A stretch of DNA of 63,402 nucleotides, filler included, from Octopus bimaculoides (lineage: Eukaryota), in assembly GCF_001194135.2 (NCBI RefSeq). It is 5 parts of 5 records of this genome, joined end to end, with 100 filler letters (N's around TTAATTAATTAA, not from the genome) between each part and the next. Parts side by side here need not be neighbours in the genome. Positions count along the whole stretch, not along the records: positions 62,325 to 63,402 come from NW_026374295.1; 4 more parts are not named here. The stretch is one strand, 5' to 3'. The notes below the pieces were generated by a model. The model was not told the origin of the DNA. It ran no database searches and was given only the letters and a program-made list of their open reading frames with translations. Shown one piece after another: positions 63,088 to 63,402 of this stretch. A program made the position numbers and the translations under genes. Numbering within the stretch: position 1 is the stretch's first letter; every line of letters starts with the position of its first letter.

Positions 63088-63402
63088 TAATAAGAAGTTA
63101 GATAGCTTCTATACAAGTAGGAAAAATGGCATAGACAACACAATCTTATATGACAACTCTGTTAGCCATAGGACGGATAATCAGGACGATAACAATGTGG
63201 ATACTAATACCCACACTGGAAACATTGACATCAACAAAGATGATAGGAGCAGTAATGATAATGATATGAATATCACAAGTAGCAATAGAAGTATTAGATA
63301 TAGCGGAGGTAAGAATCGTAACACTGCTAACAACAATAGTAATGGGAATAAGAGGGCCCTGGGGTTAAATGGAAACGCAATAAATGGCAGTAGCATAACA
63401 AA

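Noticed and set aside
1-63402. CRISPR arrays, operons or prokaryotic defence systems
   Set aside because: The sequence is eukaryotic repeat-rich DNA; tandem repeats here lack unique spacers and no cas-like genes are visible.

Overview
No intact protein-coding gene can be supported in this 63.4-kb window. It is AT-rich, gap-riddled animal intronic/intergenic DNA, most likely from an octopus or other coleoid cephalopod (inferred from the SINE families and extreme microsatellite load). It is dominated by microsatellites and decayed mobile elements: a near-full-length RTE LINE with a PHD-type finger inside its RT, RTE-BovB, two Tx1/L1-like, several R4/Dong-like and Penelope-like fragments, a Gypsy 3' end, mariner, maT-like, rosa-like, piggyBac and Helitron relics, and three SINE families. 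The one clearly functional-looking gene is a tRNA-Leu(UAA) at 34002-34084 (-). The best leads are: (1) minimal, dimer-type hammerhead-ribozyme-like motifs in Penelope termini; (2) a (TAA)n tract repeatedly hit by two unrelated LINE clades; (3) an in-frame chimera and 360-bp tandem duplication of R4/Dong 3' ends; (4) two hairpin/foldback structures; (5) an NRF1/ETS/CCAAT promoter-like cluster near a CpG-rich exon candidate. Four 100-bp spacers (44 N + TTAATTAATTAA + 44 N) mark scaffold joins, so adjacency across them is unproven. Family assignments rest on motif recognition by eye, not database searches.
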